From contig CAWJSR010000029.1 in NCBI GenBank assembly GCA_963845515.1, positions 336,214 to 400,213 of the forward strand: 64,000 bases of DNA, in the 5' to 3' direction. Source of the DNA: an uncultured delta proteobacterium. GTDB taxonomy: Bacteria; Myxococcota; Myxococcia; Myxococcales; Anaeromyxobacteraceae. Within the stretch, counting starts at the first letter, position 1. Each line of letters begins with the position of its first letter. The position numbers and the translations under genes were made by a program. The notes under the pieces were generated by a model, which saw nothing but the letters and a program-made list of their open reading frames with translations, was not told the origin of the DNA and made no database searches. Shown in pieces: positions 12,647 to 21,174 of the stretch.

Positions 12647-13891
12647 CTAGTCGCCGCCGGAGCCGGCCGCGTCAGGGCTCATCTCGATCCGATCGCCGAC
12701 GTAGAGCTCGACCAGGCTCCGGGTCACGAGCGCGGTGGAGCCGTGGTCCTTCACGTCGATGACGAGCAGGTCGCCGATGACCTCCTTGGGGAGATTGTCG
12801 TCCCACTCCGCGCTCGCCATCGGGCCGCCGTAGGGATCGCCCGAGCGGACGACCTTGAAGACGTTCCCCTCCACGACACCGTCGTTCTTCCCCTTGTCGA
12901 GGAAGACGACGTGGTGCTCGCCGAGCTGCGTGAGGATCTCCTGCTGCGCGCCGATGATGGCCCCCGTCAGCGTGGCGGTGTTGGGGCGGCGCGCGACCTG
13001 CTTCACGAACCGCTCCGTCCAGGGGCCGAGGAGCGCGCCGCGCTCGATCGGCTCGAAGGTCTGCGTGATGGTGAGCTTCACCGCCTTGTCGGAGACCTCG
13101 GTCACACGCCCCGCGCCGACCACCACCGTCTGGTAGCCGAAGGTCTCGTGCGTGAGCGGGTGGACGATCTTCCGCTCGGTCCGGTAGATCACGTAGGCCT
13201 CGCCCTTCTTCACGGTGACCGACCGCTTGAAGCGGGCGTACGTCTGATCGGTCGTGGAGAGCATGAGCTTCTCCTCGAACGCCCCCACCAGCTCACCCGA
13301 CTCCTCGAGCTCGCGCCGCGTGATGAAGGTCTCGTGGCGTGCGGTGGTGGACCGCGGCGGGACGTAGCCGATCTTGTACGGACCGCTGACCGCGACGGCG
13401 TCGTCGTCCAGCAGCTCGCTCGGCCCGGTCAGCTCCCCCTTCGAGAAGTCCTCGAGCTCCCTGGGCCCCTCCGCCACCGGCGCCTCCTCCTCGACCGGCT
13501 CGACTCGCGCTGGGGCCTCCTCCGCCGACGGATAGAACCGGAGCAGCTGGCCGGGGTCGATCCAGTGCGGGTTGGTGATGTCCGGGTTGAAGGACCAGAC
13601 CTTCGGCCAGTACCAGGGGTTGTTGAGGAAGCGCCCGGACAGGTCCCAGAGCGTGTCGCCGGGGCGCACGGTGTAGGTGTCGGGTGGCGGGACGGCCCCC
13701 TGTCCGGCGGCAGCGGCCGGGGCGGTCCCCTCGGGCGGAGGGAAGACCAGCGAGTCGCCTTCACCCGCTCCCTCCTCCCCAGCCCCCTCCTCGGCGGCGT
13801 CCGCGGGCTCGCCAGCACCCTGCGCCAGCGCCCGCTCGCCGAGCGAGAGCTGCGCGAGGGCGACGAGGGCGAGGATCTGGGTGCGGGTCAT
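12647..13891 (-). CDS. tsaP: LysM peptidoglycan-binding protein, TsaP-like (T4P secretin-associated)
   Basis: Signal peptide; LysM YTVRPGDTLWDLSGRFLNNPWYWPKVWSFNPDITNPHWIDPG; adjacent to dprA as recalled for tsaP. Confidence 0.7.
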   Translation of the reverse strand: MTRTQILALVALAQLSLGERALAQGAGEPADAAEEGAGEEGAGEGDSLVFPPPEGTAPAAAAGQGAVPPPDTYTVRPGDTLWDLSGRFLNNPWYWPKVWSFNPDITNPHWIDPGQLLRFYPSAEEAPARVEPVEEEAPVAEGPRELEDFSKGELTGPSELLDDDAVAVSGPYKIGYVPPRSTTARHETFITRRELEESGELVGAFEEKLMLSTTDQTYARFKRSVTVKKGEAYVIYRTERKIVHPLTHETFGYQTVVVGAGRVTEVSDKAVKLTITQTFEPIERGALLGPWTERFVKQVARRPNTATLTGAIIGAQQEILTQLGEHHVVFLDKGKNDGVVEGNVFKVVRSGDPYGGPMASAEWDDNLPKEVIGDLLVIDVKDHGSTALVTRSLVELYVGDRIEMSPDAAGSGGD

Positions 13892-14622
13892 GGACGGCTC
13901 CTTTCACAGCGTGCAACGATCTGCTGCGCGGCGGAGACGGCGTCTCCAGCCGGGTAATCTTCCGGGACGCGGCGCGCGAGCGCGCAGCTCGCTTCGACGC
14001 GGCCGGCATCAGCGTAGTCGCGGGCGCCTTCGACCAGGGCGTTGTCGGCCGACGGGTGGCGCGGGTAGCGCGACACGAAGGACTCGAGCGCGTGCGCTCG
14101 GTCGACGCCGTTCCTGCGGCGAGCCTCGGCCAGCTCCACCTCCGCCTCCGCGGCGAGCTCGCGGCCGGTCGGGCGCTCGAGCTCGTCGAGCCGATCGGGA
14201 TCCGGCTCGGCGACCTCCACTGCGGTCGAGAGCGGCGGCGGAACGCGGGCGGTGCGGACCGGCGGCGCTCGAAGGACCACGGGCTCCGGCGGCGCTCGGA
14301 GGACCAGGGGCTCCGGCGGCTCGACGCGGACGACGGCGAGGTTCGCAGGCACCAGCGGGCGGACCGGAGAGGGGGTGTGCTCGGCGGCGGCCGGTGCTGG
14401 CGTCGGCGCGGGCTGCTGGCGGGGGAGCCGCTCGGCCGCAGCGTCCAGCGTCTTCCACATGGAGTCGAGCCGGCGGGCCATGGCGTCGTTCTGGGCCTTC
14501 AGGGCTGTCACCTCGCCACGGAGCCCGTCGACCTCGCGGCGCAGCGAAGCGCTCCCTCCCGCGCACGCGGCAAGAGCGATGGCCGCGCAGGGCGCGGCGA
14601 ACCGTGCGAAACGGCTCAACAC
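13888..14622 (-). CDS. lipoprotein with coiled coil and C-terminal TPR (CpoB/YbgF-like)
   Basis: Lipobox ALAAC, coiled coil, Pro-rich linker, FVSRYPRHPSADNAL...VPEDYPAGDAV. Confidence 0.65.
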   Translation of the reverse strand: MLSRFARFAAPCAAIALAACAGGSASLRREVDGLRGEVTALKAQNDAMARRLDSMWKTLDAAAERLPRQQPAPTPAPAAAEHTPSPVRPLVPANLAVVRVEPPEPLVLRAPPEPVVLRAPPVRTARVPPPLSTAVEVAEPDPDRLDELERPTGRELAAEAEVELAEARRRNGVDRAHALESFVSRYPRHPSADNALVEGARDYADAGRVEASCALARRVPEDYPAGDAVSAAQQIVARCERSRP

Positions 14623-14629
14623 TCGGAAA

Positions 14630-14657
14630 ATTCTAGGTGAAGAGGGGCACCCGTCAA
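14630..14657 (-). promoter_or_regulatory. sigma70-type promoter, leaderless-type
   Basis: TTGACG-16 nt-TAGAAT, 7 nt before GTG 14622. Confidence 0.6.
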
Positions 14658-15454
14658 GGAACGACCCCTCCCGCGATATCGGGACTCTGCGCTGGACCCG
14701 GGGCGATCCAGGCTACCTGCCGGCCGGTGGCCCCCGCATCGCGCCTGTGGGAGAAGAAGAGCCGATGCTCGCAGGCGGTGCAGCGAGCGAGCCGGTCGAT
14801 CCGATCCGGCAGCAGCCCGGCGGCGCCGAGGGCGCGCGCGTTGGCCTCCCAGAGGTCGAGCCTGGGCGCAGGATGGCTGCGATCGACGACCCCCGGGCCG
14901 AAGGCCTCCTCGAAGCGGGCCGCGAGATCGGGCGAGACCTCGTAGCAGCATGGCCCGATCGACGGCCCGATCGCGGCGAGGAGCTCGCTCGGACGGGAGC
15001 CTCGCGCCGAAAGCTCCTCGACCGCGGCGGCAGCGGCGCGCGCGACTGTGCCGCGCCAGCCGGCGTGTACCGCCGCGACGGCGCCAGAGGCGGGATCTGC
15101 GATGAGCACGGGCACGCAGTCGGCCACGGCGACGCAGGCCGCCACCCCGGAGGTCCGGCTGACCACCGCGTCAGCCTCGTCGCAGGGGGCGCAGGGCGCC
15201 GCGGCGGTGACCACCCTCGCGCCGTGGACCTGCCGGACGCGGGCGAACGATAGCCCGGTGGCCGCTTCGAGCAGGCGCCAGTTCTCAGCGACGCGGGCCG
15301 GCTCGTCTCCGACCGCGCCACCCAGGTTGAGGCTGTCCCACGGCGCAGGCGAGACGCCTCCACGCCGCGTGCTGAAGCCGTGCGGGAAGCGTCGCAGCAG
15401 CCGGCTCGACACCAGCTCCACCGCCGGCGTCCGGGTTGCGCCGTCGACCCTCAC
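14654..15454 (-). CDS. pgeF: peptidoglycan editing factor PgeF (YfiH family)
   Basis: HGFSTRRGGVS, QVHG, ADCVPVL, HAGWRG, GPSIGPCCYEV and FFSHRR. Confidence 0.92.
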   Translation of the reverse strand: MRVDGATRTPAVELVSSRLLRRFPHGFSTRRGGVSPAPWDSLNLGGAVGDEPARVAENWRLLEAATGLSFARVRQVHGARVVTAAAPCAPCDEADAVVSRTSGVAACVAVADCVPVLIADPASGAVAAVHAGWRGTVARAAAAAVEELSARGSRPSELLAAIGPSIGPCCYEVSPDLAARFEEAFGPGVVDRSHPAPRLDLWEANARALGAAGLLPDRIDRLARCTACEHRLFFSHRRDAGATGRQVAWIAPGPAQSPDIAGGVVP

Positions 15455-17166
15455 GCGCCCCGGCCCTCGCCAGGAGCGGCTGGCTCGCCGGGGGGTTCGA
15501 CGCCGCCAGGAGCGGCGGGCTCGCTGCCGGGTTCGCCACCGGCCGGAGCGGCTGGCTCGCCGGGGTCGCCATCGTTCTTGGCGCTGTCGTCGCCCGCGGG
15601 CGGAGCGGCCCCGGCCCGGGCCTCGTCCCGCTCGCGCAGGGCCAGCTCGAGGTGGCCGGCAAGCTCGTCAGCCCTCGCCGCGCGGTCGCGCGCGACCTGC
15701 GCATCGCTCTCGCTCACCATGTAGTCGTGGCGCGCCGCGGTGAGCTCCCCCTGCAGCCGCTCGTTCTCGCGCCTGGCGGCGGCGAGCAGCCGGTCGCGCT
15801 CCTCGACGTCGGCCTGGAGCTCCTCTGCGCGGCGCGCCGCGTCGGCGCTCGCCGCCTCTGCCGCGCTCCGCACCTCCCCCAGCTCGCCCTCGATCGACGT
15901 CCCGCGCGCACGCTCTGCGGCCAGCTCGGCCTCGTTCGCCGCTCCGCGCTCCCGCGCCGCGCCCACCTCCTCCTCGAGCGCGGTTCCGCGTGCCCGCTCC
16001 GTCGCGAGCTCCGCCTCGAGCGCCGTCGCGCGCTCGCGGGCCGTCGCCAGCTCCGCCTCCAGGGCCGTCCCACGCTCGCGCTCCGCCGCCAGCTCCGCCA
16101 CGAGCGCGACGACGCGCTCCGCCAGCGAGGTCCGCTCCGCGTCGACCGTCGAGAGCCGCTCCTCCAGCGCGCGCCAGGCCGCTTCGTGGCCCTGCTCGGC
16201 GTCGTGGAGCCGCCGCTCTGCGCTGGCGATGGCCTCGATCAGCTCCTTCTCCCGGGTCGCCTTCTCGAGCAGCAGCGCGTCGACCGAGGCGCCGTGCGCG
16301 CGCTCCTTCCTCGCGGCCAGGTCGCGCGCCTCGGCGAGCCTGCCGCGCAGGTCCTCCACCTGCCCCTTGAACCCCTGCAGCTCGACGTCCTTCTCGTGGA
16401 GCCACTCCCCGGCGTAGGCGACCTCGCGCTCCCGGATCTCCCAGATCTCGGCGAGCCGGGCGATCTGCGCCTCGCGCGCCTTCAGATCGTCGCGCAGCAG
16501 CTGCATCCTGCCGTCGGCCGTCTGGAGGAGATCCCGGCGCGGCGGCGGACGGTTTCGCTGGGCCTCTGCCAGCAGGGCGTCGCGCCGGTCCGCGATCGAC
16601 TGGAACGCCCGGGCCACGAAGAGCCTGTCCTCCTCGGTGAGGCTGCTGCGGACCTGGCGGTGCGGGCGCGGCGGCGGCGTCCCCGCCGCCTGCTCCGGGC
16701 GCGGCTCGGGCCGCGGCTGGGAGCCGGCCTCGGGCGGCAGGAGGTCGGCCTCCTCGATCACGGCGTCGTCGGCGCTCTCCACCTCTGCCGACGTCGCGAG
16801 GATCCTGGTGGCCAGCGCCCGCAGGACCGAGGTGTCCAGCGGCATCGCGAGGTAGCCGTTGGCCGCCCACGGGGTGCGCGCGTGCTCGGCCAGCGAAGCC
16901 GGGGCGGTCTCGGAGGAGTAGAGGATGATCGGAAGACGCTCGGTCGCCGCGTGGTGGCGCAAGCGGGCGCAGAGGCTGAAGCCGGAGAGGTCGGGCAGCT
17001 CGGCCCGGACCACGACGAGATCGGGGCGTCGGACGGCGATCTCCATCTCCGCCTCGGCGGCGCTGCCGGCGACGCGCGTGGCGCACCCGTCGTCCTGGAA
17101 CAAGGACGCGAGCGAGAGTCCGAAGGGGTGGTCGGGTTCGACGATGAGTACGCGCGTTGAGATCAT
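15451..17166 (-). CDS. aglZ: pseudo-receiver plus coiled-coil protein, AglZ-like (short)
   Basis: Receiver lacks the phospho-Asp (RRPDLVVVRAELPDLSGFSLC, matching the recalled AglZ N-terminus), followed by a Pro linker and a coiled coil; myxobacterial synteny. Confidence 0.7.
   Translation of the reverse strand: MISTRVLIVEPDHPFGLSLASLFQDDGCATRVAGSAAEAEMEIAVRRPDLVVVRAELPDLSGFSLCARLRHHAATERLPIILYSSETAPASLAEHARTPWAANGYLAMPLDTSVLRALATRILATSAEVESADDAVIEEADLLPPEAGSQPRPEPRPEQAAGTPPPRPHRQVRSSLTEEDRLFVARAFQSIADRRDALLAEAQRNRPPPRRDLLQTADGRMQLLRDDLKAREAQIARLAEIWEIREREVAYAGEWLHEKDVELQGFKGQVEDLRGRLAEARDLAARKERAHGASVDALLLEKATREKELIEAIASAERRLHDAEQGHEAAWRALEERLSTVDAERTSLAERVVALVAELAAERERGTALEAELATARERATALEAELATERARGTALEEEVGAARERGAANEAELAAERARGTSIEGELGEVRSAAEAASADAARRAEELQADVEERDRLLAAARRENERLQGELTAARHDYMVSESDAQVARDRAARADELAGHLELALRERDEARAGAAPPAGDDSAKNDGDPGEPAAPAGGEPGSEPAAPGGVEPPGEPAAPGEGRGA
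15886..16095 (-). repeat. five imperfect 42-bp (14-aa) tandem coding repeats in aglZ
   Basis: ELAAERERGTALEA / ELATARERATALEA / ELATERARGTALEE / EVGAARERGAANEA / ELAAERARGTSIEG. Confidence 0.8.
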
Positions 17167-17414
17167 GAATCGGAGTGCGCGACGCCGCGTGGGCCGCGGC
17201 CCAATCTATACCTCATCGCGGCCCCGCCGTGCCGAAGTGAGCCCGGAGGGGTCACGCGGACCCTGAGGAGGGAAGCACCCGTGCGCGACCGGAACGCGCC
17301 CTTGCGTTCGCCTCCCCTTACGGTCGCCGGATTCGGGGGCCGGAGCCGAACGCTCCGCCCCTCCGCTCCTTTTCGGCTGTGTCTCCCGCGCCCCCGCGAT
17401 AGACTCGCGCCCCT

Positions 17415-18527
17415 ATGGAAGGTCAGGGTCCGCTCAGCGAAGAGATGTTCCACTCCTTCCTGCAGCTCGCGGTCAAGCGGCAGGCAAGCGACGTCCACTT
17501 CGAGGTCGGCTACCCGCCGACCTACCGCGTCTTCGGAGAGCTGCTCGCTGCGAAGTACCCTCCCCTCTCCCACTCCGACACCGAGGCGATCGCCAACTTC
17601 GTCCTCCAGGCGCCTGGGGCGGGCTTCACTCCGCTCGACTTCCGCGAGGTCGACCGGAGCTACTCGCTGCCGGGGGTCTCGCGCTTCCGCGCCTCCATCT
17701 TCAAGCAGCGCGGCAGCTGGGGGGCGGTGATGCGGACCATCCCCTTCCAGATCCCGGACTTCGATCTCCTGAATCTCCCGCCGGTGGTGAAGACCATCAG
17801 CGAGGCGCGGCGCGGCCTCATCATCGTCTCGGGCGCGACGGGCAACGGCAAGTCGACGACGATCGCGTCGCTCATCAACAGCGTGATCCAGCAGGAGCGG
17901 CTCCACGTCATCACGGTAGAGGATCCGATCGAGTTCATCTTCCCGCCAGGCAAGGGGCTCGTGATCCAGCGTGAGGTCGGCGCCGACACCGCGAGCTACA
18001 CCGACGCGCTCCGCGCGGCCCTCCGCCAGGATCCCGACATCATCATGGTGGGCGAGCTGCGCGACCGGGAGGCGGCGGACATCTGCCTGAAGGCGGCCGA
18101 GACGGGCCACCTGGTCATCACGTCGCTCCACACGCCGGACGTCCCGCGCGCCATCGGCCGGCTCGTCGGCCTCTTCCCCGCCGACGAGCAGGACACGGTC
18201 CGCGGCAGGCTCGCAGACAACCTCCAGGCGGTGCTAGCGCTCCGCCTGCTCATGCGGTCCGACAGCACGGGGCTCGTCCCAGCGGTCGAGGCGCTCCTCG
18301 CCACGAGCAGCGTGCGCGAGATGATCCGCGACCCGAGCAAGGTGAACGAGCTGCTCAAGTACATGGAGACGGCGGGCGCCGACCTCGGCATGCACTCCTT
18401 CGACCAGTACCTCTACAAGCTCGCCGAGGCGAAGAAGATCGGGATCGAGACCGCGCTCGCCAACGCGACCAAGCGCGCCGACCTCGAGCGCCAGCTCATG
18501 ATCGAGGCGGGAGGCCGCAGCGCGTGA
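17415..18527 (+). CDS. pilT: PilT/PilU family type IV pilus retraction ATPase paralog
   Basis: ASDVH, GATGNGKSTT, ITVEDPIE, LRQDPDIIMVGELRD and AETGHLVITSLH; VREMIRD replaces AIRNLIRE. Confidence 0.88.
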   Translation: MEGQGPLSEEMFHSFLQLAVKRQASDVHFEVGYPPTYRVFGELLAAKYPPLSHSDTEAIANFVLQAPGAGFTPLDFREVDRSYSLPGVSRFRASIFKQRGSWGAVMRTIPFQIPDFDLLNLPPVVKTISEARRGLIIVSGATGNGKSTTIASLINSVIQQERLHVITVEDPIEFIFPPGKGLVIQREVGADTASYTDALRAALRQDPDIIMVGELRDREAADICLKAAETGHLVITSLHTPDVPRAIGRLVGLFPADEQDTVRGRLADNLQAVLALRLLMRSDSTGLVPAVEALLATSSVREMIRDPSKVNELLKYMETAGADLGMHSFDQYLYKLAEAKKIGIETALANATKRADLERQLMIEAGGRSA

Positions 18528-19417
18528 GCCCCGCCGGCGCCACAGCGGCGTCGCGCGTTCTGGTGGTGGGCTCGGACGCCGACGTCACGATCGCGCTTCA
18601 CCTGCACCTCGACAGGGCGGGTTACGCGGTCTATTGCATGCCCGGTCCGGAGGAGCTGGACCCGATCGCGCGCGTCGTCACGCCGTCCGTCCTGGTGCTC
18701 ATCCTGCCGGCGCAGCCCGACGCGACGTGGGGCGCCGCGCTGACGACTGCCGCGACGGCCTCCAAGGCCGGGGTGATGGTGGTGATGGTCGCGCCGCAGC
18801 GCGACGTGGTGCAGTCGCTCGCCGCCGTGGCCGGGGCCAGCCGGGCGCTCTCGCGCGCCGAGGTGCTCGCTCGCCCGCTGCTCGTGGTGGAGCGCCCCGG
18901 CGGCGCCCTGCCCCACACCTCGCCTCCCCAGGCGCCTCCGCAACCTCCTCCTCCGGGCGCCGCCTTCGGCGTGCCGCCGCCGATGCCGCCGCCCATGCAG
19001 GCGCCACCGCGACCGCGCGCGGGGCCGGCCGTCGACCTGCTCGCGCTCATCGACGAGGAGCTCTGGGACGAGCCAAAGGGGCGCCCACCGATCACGCGCG
19101 TCGAGGTGAACGTGAGCCTCGTCTCGGAGCACAACTTCTTCGTGGGCCCCTCCAAGCGGATCGACTCCGGCGGCGTCTTCATCGCAACCGCGATGCCGCC
19201 ACCGATCGGCACGCGGCTGCAGGTCCGGCTCGGGCTCGCGGACGGCCGGAAGGTCGACGTCGACGGCGAGGTCGTCTTCGTCCGCCCGAAGACCGCCACC
19301 GTCGGCCGCGAGCCGACCGGCTGCGGCGTGAAGCTGCTCAGCCTGCCTCCCTGGGTGATCGACGCGATCGACCGGTTCGTGTCGGCGCGGCAGCCGATCA
19401 CCTTCCAGCCGCGGTAG
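18524..19417 (+). CDS. degenerate receiver, Pro linker and PilZ-like (TIGR02266-like) domain
   Basis: C-terminal SEHNFFVG..IDSGGVFIAT..PPIGT..GEVVFVR..GCGVK; GTGA overlap with pilT. Confidence 0.7.
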   Translation: MSPAGATAASRVLVVGSDADVTIALHLHLDRAGYAVYCMPGPEELDPIARVVTPSVLVLILPAQPDATWGAALTTAATASKAGVMVVMVAPQRDVVQSLAAVAGASRALSRAEVLARPLLVVERPGGALPHTSPPQAPPQPPPPGAAFGVPPPMPPPMQAPPRPRAGPAVDLLALIDEELWDEPKGRPPITRVEVNVSLVSEHNFFVGPSKRIDSGGVFIATAMPPPIGTRLQVRLGLADGRKVDVDGEVVFVRPKTATVGREPTGCGVKLLSLPPWVIDAIDRFVSARQPITFQPR

Positions 19418-19460
19418 GGAGCCTTACCGGCGCCGCGCCGCTCGCCGCGGGGGAGTCCAG

Positions 19461-19913
19461 ATGACGCTCGACGAGATCACGCGCTACCTGCACGAGCACA
19501 TCCCCCTCACCCGAGACCTCGGCGCGGTCGTCGAGGCGTGGGACGGCGCGACGGTCCGCCTGGGCGCCCCGCTCGCGCCGAACCTCAACCACCGGAGCAC
19601 CGCCTTCGGCGGAAGCCTCTCGGCGCTGGCCATCCTGTCCGGCTGGGCGCTCGTCCACCTGGCGCTCAGCGAGCGCGGCATCCAGGCCCGAGTCGTCATC
19701 CAACGGACCGAGCTGGACTTCCAGGAGCCGGTGGACGGCGACTTCACCGCCACCTCCTCGCTGCCGCCCGCGAAGGACTGGGAGCGCTTTCTCACGACGC
19801 TGGCGCGCCACCGGCGGGCGCGGATAACCGTCGGGTCGACGCTCCGATGGCCCTCCGGGGTCGGCGGCGAGCACCGAGGGACGTACGTGGCGGTCCTGGT
19901 GGGGCCGCGCTGA
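19461..19913 (+). CDS. hotdog-fold thioesterase (YiiD C-terminal domain-like)
   Basis: YLHEHIPL, APLAPNLNHRSTAFGGSL and LSGW. Confidence 0.8.
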   Translation: MTLDEITRYLHEHIPLTRDLGAVVEAWDGATVRLGAPLAPNLNHRSTAFGGSLSALAILSGWALVHLALSERGIQARVVIQRTELDFQEPVDGDFTATSSLPPAKDWERFLTTLARHRRARITVGSTLRWPSGVGGEHRGTYVAVLVGPR

Positions 19914-19938
19914 CGGCGGGGCGGCCCGCGCCGGCGGA

Positions 19939-20019
19939 TCACTCCCCGATGATCTTCACGAGGACCCGCTTGTCGCGGCGGCCGTCGAACTCGCCGTAGA
20001 AGATCTGCTCCCAGGGGCC
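19939..20019 (-). pseudogene. 3' remnant of a YjbQ/UPF0047 family gene
   Basis: Translates as [30 protein letters not shown]; only ~25 nt separate it from the prfB stop, so the 5' part is absent. Confidence 0.7.
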
Positions 20020-20044
20020 GTGCAGACGTATTGGGGGACGAGAC

Positions 20045-21164
20045 CTAGTCGTCCACGATCCGGTCGGTCCGGCGGACGCCCAGGAGGTAGGGCTGGATGA
20101 AGCCGTCGAGGTCGCCGTCCAGGACGTCGTCGACCTTGCCCGTCTCCACTCCCGTGCGGAGGTCCTTCACCATCCGGTAAGGCTGGAGCACGTAGCTGCG
20201 GATCTGGGAGCCGAAGTCGATGTCCTTCTTCAGCGCCTCCACCGCGTCTATGGCAGCCCTGCGCTTCTTCTCCTCGAGGTCGTAGAGCCGCGCGCGCAGG
20301 ATCTTCCAGGCCATCGAGCGGTTCTTCTGCTGGCTCCGCTCGTTCTGCATCGACACGACGATGCCGGTCGGGATGTGGGTCATCCGGACGGCCGAGTCCG
20401 TCTTGTTCACCTTCTGGCCGCCCGCGCCGGAGGCGCGGTACGTGTCGATCCGCACGTCGGCCTCCTTGATGTCGATGACGATGTCGTCGTCGATCTCGGG
20501 CGTGACGTCGACCGCCGCGAAGCTGGTCTGGCGCCTGGCGTTCGCGTCGAACGGGCTGATGCGGACCAGCCGGTGAACGCCCCGCTCCGCCTTGAGGAAG
20601 CCGTACGCGAACTCGCCGCGCGCGAAGAAGGAGCCCTGGCTGATCCCGGCCTCCTCGCCGGCGACCATGTCCGCCGGCTCGACCTCCCAGCCCTTCCGCT
20701 CGCAGAACCGGGTGTACATCCGGTAGAGCATGGCGGCCCAGTCCATCGCCTCGACGCCGCCCGCGCCGCTCTTCACCTCGACGATCGCACCAGCCCGATC
20801 GTGCGGGCCGGAGAGCATCCGCTGGAACTCCAGCGCCTCTGCCGACCGCTCGACCCCGTCGACCGCGGCGGCCGCCTCGGCGCGGACGCCCTCGTCCTTC
20901 GCCTCCTCGGCCAGTTCGTGCATCGCCAGGGCGTCGTCCAGCTCGCGGGCGGTGCCGTCGAAGCCTCCGACCACCTGCTCCAGCTGCGCCTTCTCCTTCA
21001 GCAGCCCCTGGGCCTTCGCGTTGTCGGTCCAGAACTCCGGGTCCTCCGACATGCGGGCGATCTCTGCGACGCGCGTCCGCTTCCGCTCTACGTCAAAGAG
21101 ACCCCCGGAGCGCCTCTAGGCGCCGGGAGAGATCGCTGAGTCGTTCGGTCGTCGGTGCGGCCAT
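20045..21164 (-). CDS. prfB: peptide chain release factor 2 with programmed +1 frameshift
   Basis: ATG 21164, first frame ends CTT TGA C; second frame has the SPF and GGQ motifs. Confidence 0.97.
21092..21107 (-). promoter_or_regulatory. prfB autoregulatory frameshift site
   Basis: CGGGGG-TCT-CTT-TGA-C: internal SD-like run 3 nt before the slippery CUU UGA C. Confidence 0.92.
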
Positions 21165-21174
21165 CGCTTCGCTC

